Below, one piece after another: positions 1 through 12,760 of a stretch of DNA of 64,000 bases. The stretch is from Octopus vulgaris (Eukaryota): contig OX597818.1 of NCBI GenBank assembly GCA_951406725.2, positions 136,462,001-136,526,000 on the forward strand, given 5' to 3'. The stretch's first letter is position 1. The number at the start of each line of letters is the position of its first letter. A model generated the notes under the pieces. The model was not told the origin of the DNA. It was given only the letters and a program-made list of their open reading frames with translations, and searched no databases. Made by a program: the position numbers and the translations under genes.

Positions 1-120
1 TGTCAAAGCCTTCATGTAATTTTTTGTTTTTGTAAAGATTTTAACTATTCTCTGTTATCTGCTTATGCACAAAACACCACCTTAAGAAACAATATATATA
101 TATGCATGTGTGTGTGTGTA

Positions 121-545
121 TTCTTTTATTTATTTCAGTCATTTGACTGTGGCCATGCTGAAGCATCACCTTAAGGGGTTTTAGTTAAACTAATTGACTC
201 CAAGACTTATTCTTTGTAAGCCTAGCATTTATTCTATCAGGCTCTTTCGCCAAACTGCTAAGTTACAGGGATGTAAATACACCAACATTGATTGTCAAAC
301 GATGGTGGGGGTGGGGGACAAACACAAATATCTACATATATGTATATATATATATGTATATGTGTGTGTGTATATATATATATACATACACAACAGGTTT
401 CTTTCAGTTTCCATCTACCAAATCCACTCACAAGGCTTTGGTCAGCCCAAGGTTATAGTAGAAGACACTTGCCAAAGGTGCCATACAGTGAAACTGAACC
501 CGGAACTATGTGGTTGGGAAGCAAGCTTCTTACCACAACCGTGCA
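121..545 (-). mobile_element. tRNA-derived SINE, family A (internal TA/CA microsatellite), diverged copy
   Basis: Reverse complement of the family A sequence at 2269-2700 and 46592-46990 (GGTTCAGT B-box region, GTGAGTGGATTTGGTAGA, CAGTCAAATGACTGAAA tail). Confidence 0.85.
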
Positions 546-547
546 TG

Positions 548-586
<39 letters not shown>

Positions 587-594
587 CATGAAGG

Positions 595-810
595 GCACTG
601 GTGCTAGTGTTACATAAAAAGCACTGGTGATGGTGCCAGGTAAAAAACCTCCAGTACACTCTGTAAGGTGGTTGGTGTTAGGAAAGACATCCAGCTGTAG
701 AAACCAAATCAAAACAGACTATGGATCCTGGTGTGGCTCTTGGCCTTGCCAGCTCCCGTCAAACAACCCAGCCCATGCCAGCATGTAAAACAGATGTTAA
801 ATGATGATGA
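595..810 (+). mobile_element. (GAT)n-tailed short retroposon, family C, 3' part
   Basis: GTGGTTGGTGTTAGGAAAGACATCCAGCTGTAGAAA...CCCATGCCAGCATG...GTTAAATGATGATGAT, shared with more than 10 copies in the window. Confidence 0.8.
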
Positions 811-1691
811 TGAGGAGGAGGAGGAGGATATAGTTGGTTGGTCGAGAAGTTTATTTCTCAAACATTTAGTTTCAGACCCAATTCATTGCACATCATCTTG
901 GGCAAGGATCTGCTATTGTAGTTCCAAGGATAACCAATGCCTTCTGAGTGAATTTGGTAGGTGGAAACTATATGAAGCCTGTCATAAGTGTGTGTATTTA
1001 CATGTATGAATACAGACATATATGTGTTGTGTGTGTGTGTAGATAAAACTATATATCATAACTTTGTCTGATGAGTGAATAATTTGCGTACCTGCTGCCT
1101 TCCTTGGATGTCATATTTATATTTATATTCCTGATGTATCTGAAGTATGTAGTGTTGAAACAATTGTAATGAAAGAATAACACCATAACCTCCATTCTCA
1201 GACTTTATATACATGTATGTATATATACATATATATATCATATATAATCTAAGTAATGATTTTATATTCTTGTATGCACCTTGTAGTATGCTGTTTAAAG
1301 CCAGTTCACAGTATTCAACTACCTGATGTCAACAACAGTATGGAGGTATATGCCACTGGGTTTACTTCAAGAATTCTTTAGCATCTGTAGAGTTTATAAA
1401 AACTTTGAGAGAGATAAAAATGGAATTCACGAGACTGTCTTCATTATAGCTTAGTTTTTTTATAGTACATTACAATTACCAAAATGTATTATTTTATAAA
1501 TAAGCAAAAACAGCAAATAAAAAACGAGGTACTTTTAGAAAAGTCACCTAAGGAAATGCATCTGCACCTAAGACGCATCAAAACTGTTTGTACAACATCT
1601 CACCTGCAAGGCACTGGTGCATGATGGGTCAAAATAGTTGTAGTGGTTCTGAATAAAGAGTCACATCAATTCCATTTTCTTTCTCTCATAT

Positions 1692-1695
<4 letters not shown>

Positions 1696-1744
<49 letters not shown>

Positions 1745-1791
1745 TTATATTTATATATATATATATTTATATATATTTATATTTATATATT

Positions 1792-1822
<31 letters not shown>

Positions 1823-1933
1823 TTATATATATATATTTATATATATATATATTTATATTTATATATATATATTTATATATATATATATTTATATTTATAT
1901 ATATATATTTATATATATATATATTTATATATA
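1696..1933. repeat. (TA)n/(TATTTA)n microsatellite
   Basis: Directly visible. Confidence 0.95.
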
Positions 1934-2250
1934 GGCACAGGCATAGCTGTATGGTGAGAAGCTTGCTTCCCAACCACACTGTTCCAGGTTCAATCCCACT
2001 GCATGGCACCTTAGGCAAATGTCTTCTACTATGTGTGTGTGTGTGTGTGTGTGTCTTTGTGTCTGTGTTTGTCCCTCCTGTCACTGTTTGACAACTGTTG
2101 TTGGTGTGTTTACATCCCCATAACTTAGTGGTTCTGCAAAAGAGTCCAATAGAATATAAGTCCTGGTGTTGATTCCTTCAACTAAGAACCCTTCGAGGTG
2201 GTGCTCCAGCATGTCTGCTGTCAAATGACTGAAACAAATAAAAGAATGAA
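1934..2250 (+). mobile_element. SINE family A, internally deleted
   Basis: tRNA-like head GGCACAGGCATAGCTGTATGGTGAGAAG...GGTTCAATCCC plus family A tail. Confidence 0.8.
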
Positions 2251-2268
2251 AGAATATATATACATATA

Positions 2269-2413
2269 AGGTGCAGGAGTGGCTGTATGGTTCCGGGTTC
2301 AGTCCCACTGCGTGGAACCTTGGGCAAGTGTCTTCTACTATAGCCTCGGGCCAACCAAAGCCTTGTGAGTGGATTTGGTAGACGGAAACTGAAAGAAGCC
2401 CGTCGTATATATG

Positions 2414-2489
<76 letters not shown>

Positions 2490-2700
2490 CGTGTGTGTTT
2501 GTGTGTCTGTGTTTGTCCCCCCAACATCACTTGACAACTGATGCTGGTGTGTTTACGTCGTCGTCACTTAGCGGTTCGGCAAAAGAGACCAATAGAATAA
2601 GTACTGGGCTTACAAAGAATAAGTCCTGGGGTCGAGTTGCTCGATTAAAGGCGATGCTCCAGCATGGCCGCAGTCAAATGACTGAAACAAGTAAAAGAGT
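2269..2700 (+). mobile_element. SINE family A, near full length, long internal (TA)n
   Basis: GGTGCAGGAGTGGCTG head, GGTTCAGTCCC B-box-like motif, tail ending GAAACAAGTAAAAGAGT. Confidence 0.9.
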
Positions 2701-4934
2701 ATATGTGTGTATGAGTATTACATTAGGCATAGAACTATGATTCTGGAAACTACATATGTATAAATACCCACGTTTTGTCTTTTTGAAGGTGCATGACCAA
2801 GTGGTTATGGTGTTGGCCTTGCAGTCATATGGTTATAGGTTCAATTTCTGGTCTTGGCAATATGAATTTTTGGGCAAGGCACCTCCTCTCACTTTGCTCT
2901 TGGCTATTCTGCTGAAAACGAGGCGACTGCTAGTGCAGCTCTCTCTTCCTCCATCAGTCACATCTTTGGTATTCCATTTGGTCAAATGTTACAGGGTCAT
3001 AAAAGATGTCTCTGTCTGCTCACATCTACATAAGAACCTGAAACAACTATTGAAAGTGTGGCACAAGCTTTTAGGCCACACTCATCTGTGAGTGATGCCT
3101 AAGCTTTATTGCCAAGAGAACAACTATTTGAAAATTGCAACTTACAAAGCGAAGATTAACATAAACTGTTGCGACTGATATGATAAATATATTAACAGAT
3201 AGCTAGACAAACTGATAGAAAGTGAGGTTGACAGATAGATAACTAGATGGATACATAGATACATAGATTGTTAGGTAGGTAGGTTGGTAGATATGTCATC
3301 ATATAGATATATAGATAGGTGGGTAGATAGGTTAACATATAGAGAGAAAGTGAGAACATGAGTGAAAGAATGAGGAAGACATTTAAAAAGATGAGAAAAT
3401 AATGTTGGAAAGAGTGAAACTAAAACCAAAATTGAAAGAACGAAAGAAGAATCGATGAATAACGGATGTGTCCAAGTCTTAGTTTATTGAGGGGAGAGAA
3501 TAAGAATGAAAGAGAATGGTTGAAGGAAGAAAAGAAATATGTGATAGCATTATAAGCAGAGCTTTGGGGGAAATGAATAATGACAGAAAGAGAGAGAATA
3601 AAAGAGAAGGAAGAGAGTAAGGGTGTTGCAAAAATAAAAACGAAAAATTCCAAAGGGAAGTGAGACTGAGAGGAGGAAAGAGGTATATATGGTTGCAAAT
3701 AGAATGGAAATAGAAATAAAAGACTGGGATAGATTCCATGATAGAAAGACAAAGATAATAAATGTTATGAAGTTATAGAAGAAAGCATTATTAGAATTGA
3801 CTAAAACATGAAATATAAAATGAAAAACAGAAATATACATTATAAATTATCGTTAATAAGTTAGCAATGAAAACTCATTAATAATATAGAATTGATTAAT
3901 GTCAAAACACTCAAACTATATCTCACTTGTTATCCATCAATTGTGTGTGTGCACGTGCACTTGTGTGCATGTGTATGTGTCGGACTGTTATAGTAGGGAC
4001 TTATAAATGTATTCATGGATTTCGGGATGTATTTTAGGTAAATGGTTGTGTGTACATGCACATGTGGTTTGACAGTGTGCATGTGTGTATGTATGTATGT
4101 GTGTGTGTTTGTATGTATGTCTATTTCTATTTGCATGCGTGTATGTATATATAGGATGATTTGTGCATATTATGTGTTGTGTGAATTTTTGAAGACTTTA
4201 TTTCCTGAGAATAATTCAGAAAAATGTTCAAAAGAATGAAACTAAAAGCCAAAATGGAATGAAAGGAAGAAAAACCAAAGGAAAGGAAGGATGAAGGTAA
4301 AATGTCCAAGCCTTAGATTATTGAGAGTAGAAAGCAAGAATGAAAGAGAATGGTTAAAGAAAGAAAAGAAACATATGACAGCATTATTTCGCAAAGGAAT
4401 TATTTCTCAAAGTAAATTGTAGTTTATTTAGTTCAAAGGAATTTAATGTTTTTCAGCAGATAAAATAAATACATCTTTGAACCAGTGGCAATAGACGTCA
4501 TGTCGTTAGTAAATCATAAACTGACAAAGGTTTTTATCACTGCCATTGGCGCAAAGCTATTTAAAGTATTGGATGAAACAGCCTTCGCTTTCATGGTTGT
4601 GGCAGAGAATTGGTTTGCCAATTGTTCATGCCATTGCTTTGCAGCAGAGCACGGCTGGACAAGACTAAAAGCCAAAAAAAATAAATAAATAAAAAAGATA
4701 TTATAAACCTACATGGAAGGATTTTATGATATATGATGGCTTATGACTAAAGTATATCACATTTAAAGGTGGTGCAAAAGTTGGTTATAACAACTTTAAT
4801 ATATTTCATATCCAGTAAATTTACTGCAGGAAAAGTTCATCGTAGGGAAAGTTCACCATCATCATTTCACTGATTTTTTTCAATAAAATAGTTTTTAACT
4901 ATCAATGATAAGATACTATGAATATATTTTGTCG

Positions 4935-5276
4935 CCGTTTGCCAGCCTCGTCTGGCACCTGTGTCGGTGGCACATAAAAAAACACCATCCGAGCGTGGCC
5001 GTCTGCCAGCCTCGTCTGGCACCTGTGTCGGTGGCACATAAAAAACACCATCCGAGCGTGGCCGTTCGCCAGCCTCGTCTGGCACCTGTGTCGGTGGCAC
5101 ATAAAATCACCCACTACACTCTCGGAGTGGTTGGCGTTAGGAAGGGCATCCAGCTGTAGAAACACTGCCAGATCTGACTGGCCTGGTGCAGCCTTCGGGC
5201 TCCCCAGACCCCAGTTGAACCGTCCAACCCATGCTAGCATGGAAAGCGGACGTTAAATGATGATGATGATGATGAA
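4935..5276 (+). mobile_element. Retroposon family C with 3 internal ~65 bp sub-repeats
   Basis: GCCAGCCTCGTCTGGCACCTGTGTCGGTGGCACATAAAA x3, then the conserved 3' end and (GAT)n tail. Confidence 0.9.
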
Positions 5277-5753
5277 GCTTCCCACATGGTGAACTTTCCT
5301 CGCAGTGAACTTCCTTCGTGGTAAATTTATGGTGGTGAACGCTTCTGCGATGAATTGATGGCAGTGAACTTGCCTGTAATCAATATATTTATATATCTTT
5401 CCTCAAGTTCAGAATACAGTTAAAAGAAAAAAAAAATACTAAAAAACTGTGAAACTCTCAGCAAATGTTAAGTTTTTCATATTGACCTTTTATGGCAACC
5501 AAACTCCTCCAACGTAAGCAAGATTGTGTTTGGAAGCCACCAGAAAATATGCCAGCTCTCATCTGTTGTTAATGTGCTACAATGAAGTTCAAATGTGACT
5601 CACATTAACATATTGATCACTTACCTTAATTGGTACAATTGCTACATAAACAAATATTCTTGGCATCCCACACTTCACTTTTACCAAAAACTAACCAAAT
5701 CTTTTTCAAATCACACCCTCCTTTCTACCTCAGGTATTCTGTCCTGCCTAGAT

Positions 5754-6018
5754 ATGAATGAATGAATGAATGAATGAATGAATGAATGAATATATGTATG
5801 TATGTATGTACGTATGTATGTATGTATGTATGTATGTATGTATGTATGTATGTATGTATGTATGTATGTATGTATGTACGTACGTACGTATGTATGTATG
5901 TATGTATGTATGTATGTGTGTGTGTGTGTGTGTGTGCGTGTGTGTATGTATGTATGTATGTATGTATGTATGTATGTACGTACGTACGTACGTATGTATG
6001 TATGTATGTATGTATGTA

Positions 6019-6051
<33 letters not shown>

Positions 6052-6060
6052 ATGTATGTA

Positions 6061-6159
<99 letters not shown>

Positions 6160-6178
6160 GTGTGTATGTATGTATGTA

Positions 6179-6217
<39 letters not shown>

Positions 6218-6246
6218 GTGTATGTGTGTATGTATGTATGTATGTA

Positions 6247-6293
<47 letters not shown>

Positions 6294-6330
6294 ATGTATG
6301 TATGTATGTATGTATGTATGTATGTATGTA

Positions 6331-6381
<51 letters not shown>

Positions 6382-6390
6382 ATGTATGTA

Positions 6391-6427
<37 letters not shown>

Positions 6428-6454
6428 GTGTGTATGTATGTATGTATGTATGTA

Positions 6455-6485
<31 letters not shown>

Positions 6486-6520
6486 GTGTATGTGTGTATG
6501 TATGTATGTATGTATGTATG

Positions 6521-6559
<39 letters not shown>

Positions 6560-6596
6560 ATGTATGTATGTATGTATGTATGTATGTATGTATGTA

Positions 6597-6641
<45 letters not shown>

Positions 6642-6908
6642 TTGTATGTATGTATGTATCTATCTATCTCCCTTCTTTCCTTTTTTCTTTCTTTTTTCTT
6701 TCTTTTCTTTTCTTTTTTCTTTCTTTTCTTTTCTTTTTCTTTCTTTTCTTTTCTTTTTCTTTCTTTTCCTTTCTTTCTTTCCTTCTTTCCTTCCTTCTTT
6801 CTTTCCTTCTTTCCTTCTTTCCATCTTTCTTTCCTTCTTTCCTTCTTTCCTTCCTTCTTTCCTTCTTTCTTTCCTTCTTTCCTTCTTTCTTTCTTTCTTT
6901 CTTTCTTC
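5754..6908. repeat. Long compound microsatellite (ATGA)n-(TATG)n/(TG)n-(CTTT)n
   Basis: Directly visible; source of the spurious 370-480 aa ORFs. Confidence 0.97.
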
Positions 6909-7180
6909 ATTTAACATTCATTGTCCATGCTGGCATGGGTTTGACAGTTTGACCAGAGCTGGTAAGCTGGAGAGTTGCACCAGACTCCAGCCTGATATGG
7001 TATGGTTCCTATGGCTGGATGCTTTTTCTAACACCAACCACTTTACAGAGTGTGCTGGGTGCTTTCATGTGGAACCACACAGACACTTTCATGTGGTGCC
7101 ACATGACCACTTTTATATAGCAATGCATAGGTACTTTTATGTGACACTGCACAGGCACTTTTACATGGAACCACATGAAA
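6908..7180 (-). mobile_element. Retroposon family C, older subfamily
   Basis: Reverse complement of the family C 3' end; closely similar to 8060-8258 in the opposite orientation. Confidence 0.8.
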
Positions 7181-7517
7181 CATGTATGTATGAGTGTATA
7201 CATGTATATAGCATGGGCTCTCAGTAATTCTGGGTTCGTATCTGACATGCTGGAAGACCACTAGGAGTGAGGCACCCCTTAGCTTTTGTGAAAGAGTACC
7301 TCTAGAGGAAGGTCACTCTGATATAAAACTAGATAAGCAAGGAATGGCATTGAATATTTTGGGGATCTTTTGCTTGTGCTTGAGGTCATGGTGTTCTCAC
7401 ATTCCTGTGCCTGTGCCCCATATTAGCAGGAAGAGAGGGTCTGTGCAAGCCTTATTGGACCTAAAATTTTAGGTTGTGCAATTGCCAGCCAAGCAACTGT
7501 CCAATGTCCAGTCGAGT

Positions 7518-7745
7518 AGATACATAGCTGTGTAGAAGCTTCCCTCATTGGTGCGTTTTAGCCCTTGGTTGTATTAACTGTTTTGGACACAAAGAGCTAG
7601 TCGTACATTATGTCATACTTGAAGAACAATTTCATTAGAGCTATTGACTCTAATGTCTATGACCTTCAGCTCCCTGGCCCTTATATTCCATGTGGTGGCT
7701 GAGATCCCTTTCCATTTGAAAGAACCCACTATTTCTATAGTCTGT
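7518..7745 (-). pseudogene. Possible decayed LINE APE-endonuclease N-terminus (RTE-like); duplicated at 8562-8789
   Basis: Minus strand reads ISATTWNIR and, after a frameshift, KYDI..LFVSKT..., resembling the TWNVR / DILxxSE motifs of APE; stops present. Confidence 0.35.
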
Positions 7746-8017
7746 GGGGAATATAGAAACTAAGGATGTGAACTCAAGTGAAGCCAATTGCTGGTGCAAT
7801 AACTTTATGCATGGGCACTGCTGGCATTTTGCATGGGAAACGGTCAGTGATGGTCTTCCTCAGTCATGGGAAGGCAGCCATCATCATCATCATCATCACC
7901 ATCATCAGAAAGTTTAAACTGGTCATTAAGGCAGAAAGACCTTTTTGAATTAAGAGAGTTCCAAATGTTTGTAAATTTGTGGCTGAGTTGGTGTGTTGGT
8001 TGATACATATGACGATG

Positions 8018-8054
<37 letters not shown>

Positions 8055-8059
8055 ACATG

Positions 8060-8258
8060 AAAGTGCCTGTGTGGTGCCACATAAAAGCACCCAGCACACT
8101 CTGTAAAGTGGTTGGTGTTAGGAAGGGCATCCAGCCATAGGAACCATACCATTATCAAGCTGGAGTCTGGTGCAACTCTCCAGCTTACCAGCTTTGGTCA
8201 AACTGTCAAACCCATGCCAGCATGGACAATGGACGTTAAATGATGATGACGACGATGA
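8060..8258 (+). mobile_element. Retroposon family C, older subfamily
   Basis: GTGGTTGGTGTTAGGAAGGGCATCCAGC...GGACGTTAAATGATGATG. Confidence 0.85.
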
Positions 8259-9145
8259 TTGATTGATACATACATACATACATACATACATACATACATA
8301 CATACACACACAACTAAGTGTGTATATTTTTTCATCTAAAGAATCTCAGATGAAGAATTAAAAAAATTATCTTACAAATCTTCAAATAAGTATGTATGTA
8401 TGCATGTATGTGAGTGTGTGTGTGTTTATGTGGTGTGTATGAGCCAATGAAAGATCTCTGCATTGTAGCAAGATCTGTTAGAAATAGCAGCCAAATCTCC
8501 CTCAAATCATACTTTGCCTTTAATGAAAAGAGAAAGGCCACAAACACTAAACAAGAAAATAAGATACATAGCTGTGTAGAGGCTTCCCTCATTGGTATGT
8601 TTTAGCCCTTGGTTGTATTAACTGTTTTGGACACAAAGAGCTAGTCGTACATTATGTCATACTTGAAGGACAATTTCATTATAGCTTTTGACTTTAATGT
8701 CTAAAATCTTCATCTCCCTGGCCCTTATATTCCATGTGGTGGCTGAGATCCCATTCCATTTGAAAGAACCCACTATTTCTATAGTCTGTTTTACTAAAAT
8801 ATATCTACCTAAACGATGGTATTTAGTGCTCAATCAGCTCTGAGTGACCAAGGCTATGATAAAGATGTTGAAGTCATGACTATCTATTCTTTTATTTAAA
8901 GCATAATGTATCTAGGATCACATTATTATGTCTCCTTTTTAAGCATTAGTGTATCACTTGAAGTAAAGTTGGCTCCTATTTGTACCTAACAATGTGATCT
9001 TGCAAGAAGTTCCCTTATTTGTTTACCATCTACCAAAATGTTGATGATAACGTTTGATATGACCTCATGCCCTCCACCTCACCACCAAATTTTGAAGAGG
9101 TGGGTGCAATTGATAAAATCAATCACAGTTTTCCACTGGTACTTA

Positions 9146-9537
9146 TCTCTCTATATATAAAGCTGAAGTTGTCTGTGTATGCCAGGTTTGGTAGCCTTCA
9201 ACTAACACTATCTCCTCCGAGACCTCACGGTGCAAGTTGACCAAAATTGAGAGTATGATAGAAGAAAGCTTGCTCTTCCTTCTGCAGAAGAAAAACTTCA
9301 AATCAGACCATGTTAACACCAAAAATTATTTACATCAAAAAGGTGCTTTTTTTCTATGAAAATCCCTATTTTTTACGATTTTTTGACTGCTGTGTCGCCA
9401 TTTTTCAGTGTCTTTCAACCAGAAAAATGTTCACTTGAAGAGACTAACAAGCTACATAATGCAAAATTTTTACTTTTCAAAAATTCCAATTCTAAAGGGT
9501 CGAAACAAACCCAAGCAACGCCAGGCGATACTGCTAG
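9146..9537 (+). mobile_element. Non-autonomous Helitron-like element nested in a family B SINE
   Basis: Begins TC after a host A, ends CTAG before a host T, has a degenerate subterminal GC-rich hairpin (CCCAAGCAACGCCAGGC) and no TSD; it splits a minus-strand family B copy (CCACTGGTACTTA|...GAACTCAGAAC). Confidence 0.7.
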
Positions 9538-10825
9538 TTAACTATAAAGAGGTTAATAGAATAAGTAATAATAAAATAAATTTTGACCTAGATGGGGTTT
9601 GAACTCAGAACTTGGTTGCAACAAAGTACTGCAACATATTTTAATCTGTTGCTCTACTATTTAATGATAAAAGATGATGAAGGAATGTTCTTAAGTTTGG
9701 ATGATGATAATGTAAGAGAAGATAAAGTTAAGGATGGTACTGCTGATAATGATAAAAGTAGAGATGTTGCTGTTGATAAGGATGGAAGGGAAGTCTGAAG
9801 ACCAATCCGGTTAGAAATTCTTCACTCATCTATGACAACTTAAGCAGTAAAAGACTTGTAGAAAATCTTGTTGCTTTATGCCTTCATATTCATCTATAAT
9901 TCCATAATTATTTATAAAATCTTTTGCCACCAATCCATTAATGAACTTTAATGCATCCCGATTCCTTTAAGATGTCCAGCTGGAACTGCAAACAGCAACA
10001 AACAAACACACAAACAAACAAACAAATACACAACGATGAGAGGAAAGGAAGGAATACATTTGATGCTATAACAAAATCTGACATTTTATTGATTCTTGGC
10101 AGAGAATATATTCAAAGATATTTAATTATTTCCATCATATTTCTTCCTTTTAAATATTCTCATCTTCTTGTCATTGATGTTTTAGTTAATAATCTTGATA
10201 TGTTGTTTGTTTCTTTGACTTTTGATATCACCATTGAATGCCTGATGTGATATGCTTATTTATATCGCTACCGTTTATAGATTTCTCAATACCAGATCTT
10301 ATAAAAGACAAGTAAAGGAAGATAAATTATATAATTTTTGGTTGTTTTTGCCAAGAACTCTCAAAATCCTTCTTTTGAAATTTTGTTTTCCTGATTAAAT
10401 CAGCTGGTACCCCCCCCCACATACAAACAATTCTTTGCTAGACCATAACCCATTACTCCTTACACTATTAAAGACTTTTTGTTTGTATAATGGATCTAGG
10501 GCATGTTTGCTAGGCAAGGTCCAACTCTCTCTTTGGGAATGGGATGAATTGAGTACTGTAAGCAATGAAGCACATCTCCCTTTTTATCAGTGCTGCTACT
10601 TGAGCCAATGAGGAAATTTTTATGCAGTTGTTTGATCAGCTAAATCTCCCTCGGTCGGGAGCCCTAATGCACTGGGGAAGAAAGAAACATATGCTGGTTA
10701 ATATATTCTGTTTAGATAGGGGGAAGGATCATAGTTGACCACAGACCTGCTGGATGAAAGATGAGAAGAGGTCAAACATACATGCATGCAGTCATACATA
10801 TACATATAAATACATACACGCATAT

Positions 10826-11372
10826 TTTTTACGTACCACCGGCACGAGGCCAGTCGGGGAGGCGCTGGCAATGGTCACGAACGGATGGCATGTAAGAGAA
10901 CCATCTGTTCGTGACCGTTGCCAGCGCTACCCCGACTGGCCTTGTGCCGGTGGTACGTAAAAAGCACCATCCGTTCGTGTCCGTTGCCATCCTCGCCTGG
11001 CCCCCGTGCCAAAAGCACCATCCGCTCGTGTCCGTTGCCAGCCTCGCTTGGCCCTCGTACCGGTGGCACGTAAAAGCACCATCCGTTCGTATTCATTGCC
11101 AGCCTCGCCTGGCCCCCGTTCCGGTGGCACGTAAAAGCACCATCCGTTCGTGGCCGTTTGCCAGCTCCGTCTGGCACCTGTGCGGGTGGCACGTAAAAAG
11201 CACCCACTACACCCACGGAGTGGTTGGCGTTAGGAAGGGCATCCAGCCGTAGAAACACTGCCAGATCAGACTGGGCCTGATGCAGCCTTCTGGCTTCACA
11301 GACCCCAGTTGAACCGTCCAACCCATGCTAGCATGGAAAGCGGATGCTAAATGGTGATGATGATGATGATGA
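10826..11372 (+). mobile_element. Retroposon family C, young, with ~58 bp sub-repeats and an inverted 5' segment
   Basis: CpG-rich copy; repeated GGTGGCACGTAAAAGCACCATCCG units; (GAT)n tail. Confidence 0.9.
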
Positions 11373-12077
11373 TATCTACATTCTGATCTCTCTCTAAGAA
11401 ATACTGACTGATATTGCTCTCTCTCTCTGAACAGTGGAAAATCCTAGCTAATGCAAAGCAAAAAGAGAGCAATTCTCTGAGAATGTTGTTCATTGGTACT
11501 TGAAACAAATAAATACTTGAAACAAGTAAAAAAATAATATAGGTCACAGGGTAAATAAGCCACACTAAAACCTTGGCTTGGTGTACAAGTTTTTAACATG
11601 TTGCAATCCTGAAGTAAGAAATCCTCACTAAAAATCTTCTACATAGAATAGCTGACAACATGTTTAGGCTATGCCAAAACCAAAACTAAAACTAAAGGCA
11701 TAAGGCACTTTGCTGCCAACTGTGAGAAAATTGGACATCATGTTGTAATCAGAAATCTGGAATAGACTGAGAAAGAAAAGAATCAATAAAGATTGAGACT
11801 AATAGACCAAAAAGAATATTGGTGGAACTTAAGAATAAAAACAGTGACCAGTTTACAACAGACTAAATCTGATATTATTGTCTGAGACCATAAAATAAAA
11901 CATGATCTGTTATGGATGTTAGCTGTCCATGTGATAAGAAAAATGCAAGAGTACATCTATGGACCATTGGTGACGAGTTTGTAAATCCAGTTCTCAAAAT
12001 ATTCTTTCAACTGTATAGCCATTATTATTAGAGTGGCAAGACGAAGGTAGAACAGTGGCAGAATTGTTAACATGTCA

Positions 12078-12471
12078 AGGCAGTGAGCTGGCAGAAATAT
12101 TAGCACGCTGGGTGAAATGCTTAGTAGTATTTCATCTGTCTTTGTGTTCTGAGTTCAAATTCTGCAGAGGTCGACTTTGCCTTTCATCCTTTCCGGATCG
12201 ATTAAATAAGTACCAGTTATGCACTGGGGTCGATATAATTGACTTAATCCGTTTGTTGTCCTTGTTTGTCCTCTCTGTGTTTAGCCCCTTGTGGGTAGTA
12301 AAGAAATAGGTATTTCATCTGTCTTTATGTTCTGAGTTCAAATTCCACCAAGGTCAACTTTGCCTTTCATCCTTTCGGGGTTGATAAATTAAGTGCCAGT
12401 TGTGTACTAGGGTTGATCTAATCGACTGGCACTCTCCCCTGAAATTTCGACCCTTGTGCCTAGAGTAGAAA
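12078..12471 (+). mobile_element. Dimeric tRNA-derived SINE family B with an 18 bp TSD, inserted in an older family B copy
   Basis: AGAATTGTTAACATGTCA at 12060-12077 and 12472-12489; two GAGTTCAAATTC...CTTTGCCTTTCATCCTTT cores (resembling the Meta-SINE central domain, from memory). Confidence 0.85.
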
Positions 12472-12569
12472 AGAATTGTTAACATGTCAGAAAAAATGCT
12501 TAGCAGTATTCCTTTCAATTTTTAATGTTCTGAGTTTCAGGATTGATAAAATATAATGGTTTTCAACTT

Positions 12570-12760
12570 TTGCTACAAGGCTAGCAGTTTTAGGGGAAGG
12601 GGATAATCAATTACATCAACCCCAGTGCTTGACTGGTCCTTATTTTATCGACCCCAAAAAGATGAAAGGCAAAGTCATCTTTGGCAGAATTTGAGCTCAG
12701 GATGTAAAGCTGAAAGAAATGCTGCCAAGCAATTTGTTTGGTGTGGAAATGATTCTGTTT
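12570..12760 (-). mobile_element. SINE family B, diverged
   Basis: GATGAAAGGCAAAGTCA...GAATTTGAGCTCAG is the reverse of the family B core. Confidence 0.7.

Noticed and set aside
1066-1080. CTGATGAG as a hammerhead core
   Set aside because: No stem II or GAAA follows.
5711-7227. 370-481 aa ORFs and other long ORFs (YI, HT, VC, LSIY, poly-T/H/V/G)
   Set aside because: Translations of microsatellites; no protein-like content.
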